From a virus (taxonomy: Duplodnaviria > Caudoviricetes), in the IMG/VR virus record IMGVR_UViG_3300043077_000092: 64,000 bases of DNA, one strand, 5' to 3'. Numbering within the stretch: the stretch's first letter is position 1; each line of letters opens with the position of its first letter. The notes under the pieces are model-generated. The model saw only the letters and a list, made by a program, of their open reading frames with translations, was not told the origin of the DNA and searched no databases. The translations under genes and the position numbers were made by a program. Below are positions 60,358 to 64,000 of this stretch, in pieces.

Positions 60358-61086
60358 TTAATAGCTTCTGCCGCCGCCGTTATTGTTTCCACCGCCGTTA
60401 CCGTTGTTAACTCTACGGAACAGATCCTGCTCGATGCGGGCATAGTTGATGCCTGAAGACTTGCCCTTCTTGCTTCCGTTCCCTGCGATGTATTTCATGT
60501 AGAGCATTGTATAGTTGCTGGTGTTGGCAATCGGAGTCATCTGGAGAATGATGTAATCATACTGATCGTTCGGCATAATACCGAGAATCAAGCACATCAC
60601 TGAACTGAAATCCAGCTCCAAGGATGCTACGTTTGTTCCCTGAACTGCTCTCAGGTTCATCATCGGCTTTCCGTTGTCTGCATTTACTCTGCATAATGGC
60701 TTCATAACAGATTCGAATTCCTTGGAAGTTCCAAAGATTCCTGCTCCACCACTACCAGAACCGGCAGTCTGCAACAGAGAGATTCTTCCTTCATTGGTCT
60801 TGTTGGCTCCGCCCTTACCACGATAATATACATTACCACCGGCTCCACCTACGGCGAAATAAGCTGTCACGGTTACGTCGGACACACCCGTTGAGTTACG
60901 AGCGAGCTTCGGTGTAATGATAATCTTATCCATCTCAGGAATACCATAGGTTGTTCTGAACTCGTCGAGCAGCTTCTCTGCCAAGCCCTGTGTTGTGTCA
61001 TTGAATACTTTGCCTATTTCCGGTGTTTCGATTGCCGGAGCCAATCCTGCAATTAAGTCGGCTCCATATTTGTTGTTGTTTGACAT
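60358..61086 (-). CDS. Hypothetical protein with G/N-rich tail
   Basis: RBS AGGAGG, TATATTAA upstream, terminator downstream. Confidence 0.7.
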   Translation of the reverse strand: MSNNNKYGADLIAGLAPAIETPEIGKVFNDTTQGLAEKLLDEFRTTYGIPEMDKIIITPKLARNSTGVSDVTVTAYFAVGGAGGNVYYRGKGGANKTNEGRISLLQTAGSGSGGAGIFGTSKEFESVMKPLCRVNADNGKPMMNLRAVQGTNVASLELDFSSVMCLILGIMPNDQYDYIILQMTPIANTSNYTMLYMKYIAGNGSKKGKSSGINYARIEQDLFRRVNNGNGGGNNNGGGRSY

Positions 61087-61225
61087 GATCATGTCCTCCT
61101 TTAAAAGATTATTGTGTTTAATACTAATTGAGATGACTAGTATTCTCAATCAGCAGTTTAATATATAAACAAAATGCAGATTGACGAACAAGAGTCTGCA
61201 TATTGTATATACAGAGAGTACCGAA

Positions 61226-62053
61226 TTATTCTACTGTATCCATAAGTTTATTTATTAACGAGTTGTAGAGATAATTCATTTGTGTAGATACCATTTCTTC
61301 CCACTCTCTATTGGGTGGGCAATATACGGGACCGATGTCCCAAACTGAGAGTAAATCTTTTTCCACATAAACCCTATTGAGCATACCACCCCACCAAAGG
61401 GTGTTATCACCTAAATCTGCCCAACTTTTGTTGCTGATTTCTATGCCGTAGTAGTTATGCCTACTACTAGCTCTAACAGACGTTCCTGATCCTGATTCAA
61501 TTGTGGATACGGACATTGCAAATATGGCATTAATTCCGTATGTCTGCTCAAGATTCATTAGTGTTTGTTCGTATCCTTCCCACCAAGTTCCCTCAGTGAG
61601 CAATTTGTAATCCTCTATATCATTTAATCCCGTGACTCTGGAAATATCGCTTGTATCGCAGACAATTGAGTTAATATAGTCAATCCTTTCTTGTCTTGCA
61701 ATCTCAAGTTGGCGAAGTCTCTCCTGCTCCTCTTCCTCTGCTATTTGTGAAGCGATTTCTTCTTCCAGAGTCAATTGTATTCGAGCCTGCTCAGCAATTT
61801 CCTGTTGTACAATAGCATCTTCTTCTACGTTAGGGATAGTAGTAGAAACAACTACTGCTGTTGATGAATTTTGGTTTGCTGAATAGGTGAGTGTTTTGTG
61901 GGTTGAATTTATTAATGGTTTAATAGACATCGTATAAGATGTCGGGTTTAATGACGATGCAAAAATAATCGACGCTAAAAGTATCAATATTGCCAAATGA
62001 TCAGTTTTGACACATGGTCGTTGTCGTTGTATTGACGCTATATAGGTTCGCAT
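61226..62053 (-). CDS. Exported glucosaminidase/lysozyme-like peptidoglycan hydrolase
   Basis: N-terminal hydrophobic helix, coiled coil, then YGINAIFAMSVSTIESGSGTS...HNYYGI...YCPP (GH73-like). Confidence 0.7.
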   Translation of the reverse strand: MRTYIASIQRQRPCVKTDHLAILILLASIIFASSLNPTSYTMSIKPLINSTHKTLTYSANQNSSTAVVVSTTIPNVEEDAIVQQEIAEQARIQLTLEEEIASQIAEEEEQERLRQLEIARQERIDYINSIVCDTSDISRVTGLNDIEDYKLLTEGTWWEGYEQTLMNLEQTYGINAIFAMSVSTIESGSGTSVRASSRHNYYGIEISNKSWADLGDNTLWWGGMLNRVYVEKDLLSVWDIGPVYCPPNREWEEMVSTQMNYLYNSLINKLMDTVE

Positions 62054-62315
62054 TGATAGTTACCTCCTTAAATGTATGGGATTCCTTTTAATCCCCGTTA
62101 GTTTAGTTTCTGTAGTCTGGACGATAATACTATCCAAACATTCTCTAGTACATTCCTTCCTTTCATTTTTATAGTAGTTCCAGTAATTTGTTAATCGCGT
62201 ATTAAATATTAAAATCCCTCCTGCTGTGCGTATGTATTTAACAAAGGTTGAGAGGGAACCGATATACTTTTTAAGTATCAGCTCCCTTCTCACGACCAAC
62301 TTCTTAATATAGCAA

Positions 62316-63986
62316 TTAAGATCGTTTTGTCTTTAACATATCAGTCACATAGGACTGTGCGGACTGTTCATACTTCGATATCCCACCCGGGACGCTTTTA
62401 AGCAACCCTGAATAAGTGGTCACATCTCGTTCGATACACTCCTTTATGGTTTGTAACCCATCATTTGGTACTCCCGTATCCATGACGACAGACTCAATGA
62501 CCGACATAAGTGCTTTCTCTCTAGCGATACTATTTGCCGCACTTTCCAAGTTTCCGTTTAACAATCCCTGATTCAACTCATTGTGAATTGTTTCTGCACA
62601 CTGGGTAATTACTCCGGTCTCCTGTTTTTTAAGGCTAATACTTTCAGATACCTGCCCCTTGTCCTGCATAATAGTTGGGGAGCTTAAAGCACCCAAAGTG
62701 CCCTTAACATTCTCCATTGTACCAGTGCGTTGGCTGTATGCCGTAACTTCACTAAAAATCTCATCAAGGTCAAACAAAAGTTCGTTTAGTGCGTCATCTA
62801 GTGATTCGTCAGAAAGACTAAAGCTATCCATCGGTTTCTTGTCTATATCCGGATTAGAAATACTTTCTGAAGTTGAGCTTACGAATTCGACGTATTCATC
62901 CACCAAATTTGAAATACGAAGAATCTCAGTCTGACTATTAAAGACGGATGAACCATCGCGGTCAAGTGAGTTTACCAACATTGATAATTGGTCTCTCAAT
63001 TTCTCAACCGTCGTTACTGTAGTTTGGGTATCATTACCCCGTTCAATCATAATATATCTCAAAAGCATCGAGCGTATCATCATCTGCGAAAAGACGATAC
63101 TCGATACCGGACCTGATTGTCCTATGATTTCATTTAAACATTTATCAACTGAGCAAAGTACGTATATTGCCGTTTCCGTATCCATCTCAAAAAGATTACA
63201 GATGAACTGAGAAGTTGCGGTTAATACCTTGAAATTAGCTAAATTTGCAAGGTAGCATTTCGGATGATAAAACCGTCTCGAATCAAGTTCTTCTCTCGGT
63301 CCAATTAGTTCAACCATCTCAGATGGTGTATTGGGAAACCAATCCACCAGATCGACAATCAAACCACGAACGTTGAGTTTTACTTTCTCCAAATTCGGAA
63401 TGAAATCATCTAACGACAACATTGGGTTTTTAGCGACATCACTTCCTTCGGTTGAAGGGGAGTCTTTCCCCCAGCGACGGTTTATATCACTACACGCTGT
63501 TGCTATCGTGTGACTTCTATCATCGATTAGACTTTGTAACTCATTAGAGTCCAATAATCCATACCGCTCCATTGTACTCAGTATCTTCATCTCATCGAGT
63601 TGGGATACATCCTTATCAACTTCGCTCATATTAATTTGTATGTTGGCATCCGATTTAGAATTTATGGTCACATAGTCAGATAAAGATTCTGCAAGAACCA
63701 TCAGAAACGCTAACAGAACACTTGGTTCAACCAATTCCTTAAGTTCATTGACCATACTCTTAAGTTGGGTAATGCATTCATCCAAATCATCATTACCGTA
63801 ATTAAGTTTATCTATAATGGATGTTTTAATAGAAGATAGAACGACTTTTAATACATCGTTGTCTTCATTATCAAAATTCACATTTTTTGTGAATAAATCC
63901 CATATAGAGCTAATCTTACCAGAAGTTGATAAGATATCTGACTCTAATAGGAGCTCTTTTGTTGCTTCACTGTTTAATGACGACAT
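62316..63986 (-). CDS. Hypothetical alpha-helical protein
   Basis: ~556 aa, RBS AGGAGG at the window end. Confidence 0.7.
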   Translation of the reverse strand: MSSLNSEATKELLLESDILSTSGKISSIWDLFTKNVNFDNEDNDVLKVVLSSIKTSIIDKLNYGNDDLDECITQLKSMVNELKELVEPSVLLAFLMVLAESLSDYVTINSKSDANIQINMSEVDKDVSQLDEMKILSTMERYGLLDSNELQSLIDDRSHTIATACSDINRRWGKDSPSTEGSDVAKNPMLSLDDFIPNLEKVKLNVRGLIVDLVDWFPNTPSEMVELIGPREELDSRRFYHPKCYLANLANFKVLTATSQFICNLFEMDTETAIYVLCSVDKCLNEIIGQSGPVSSIVFSQMMIRSMLLRYIMIERGNDTQTTVTTVEKLRDQLSMLVNSLDRDGSSVFNSQTEILRISNLVDEYVEFVSSTSESISNPDIDKKPMDSFSLSDESLDDALNELLFDLDEIFSEVTAYSQRTGTMENVKGTLGALSSPTIMQDKGQVSESISLKKQETGVITQCAETIHNELNQGLLNGNLESAANSIAREKALMSVIESVVMDTGVPNDGLQTIKECIERDVTTYSGLLKSVPGGISKYEQSAQSYVTDMLKTKRS

Positions 63987-64000
63987 TCTCAAATCCTCCT

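Noticed and set aside
1768-63513. Numerous short ORFs antisense to or nested in long genes
   Set aside because: Shadow ORFs with no RBS or recognisable motifs
62316-63986. ~556-aa protein as chimallin
   Set aside because: Only the size is suggestive; the sequence looks all-helical and I recognise no motif or synteny support
1-64000. Stop-codon reassignment, or introns and inteins in RNAP, gyrase or helicase genes
   Set aside because: Genes are intact in the standard code and all three stop codons are used. RNAP splits match the known jumbo-phage organisation, and no intein or homing-endonuclease insertions were seen.

Overview
This 64 kb window is an AT-rich, gene-dense, mostly minus-strand segment of a phiKZ/AR9-type jumbo phage genome. 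The host is probably a Bacillota (Firmicutes) species, judging from strong AGGAGG ribosome-binding sites, an SPP1-type holin, a DUF1653 protein and a glucosaminidase-like enzyme. It encodes four fragments of split multisubunit RNA polymerases, RecA/UvsX, a tubulin/FtsZ-family GTPase, GyrB and GyrA, SF1 and DnaB helicases, SbcD, a PD-(D/E)xK nuclease, a FEN-like nuclease, a guanylate kinase, a protein kinase, a small divergent PolB-like protein and several virion proteins. Two promoter classes can be read from the intergenic DNA: TATATTAA (early-type) and ACA-N6-TA (late/nvRNAP-type, 17 copies counted). The most unusual content is non-coding. It includes a ~510-nt highly structured RNA apparently co-transcribed behind a kinase / SAP-motif protein / mini-PolB operon, two promoter-and-terminator-bounded late small RNAs carrying anti-Shine-Dalgarno motifs, and a pseudoknot plus tRNA-like leader on the tubulin gene. 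All calls come from reading motifs by eye; no searches or folding programs were run.
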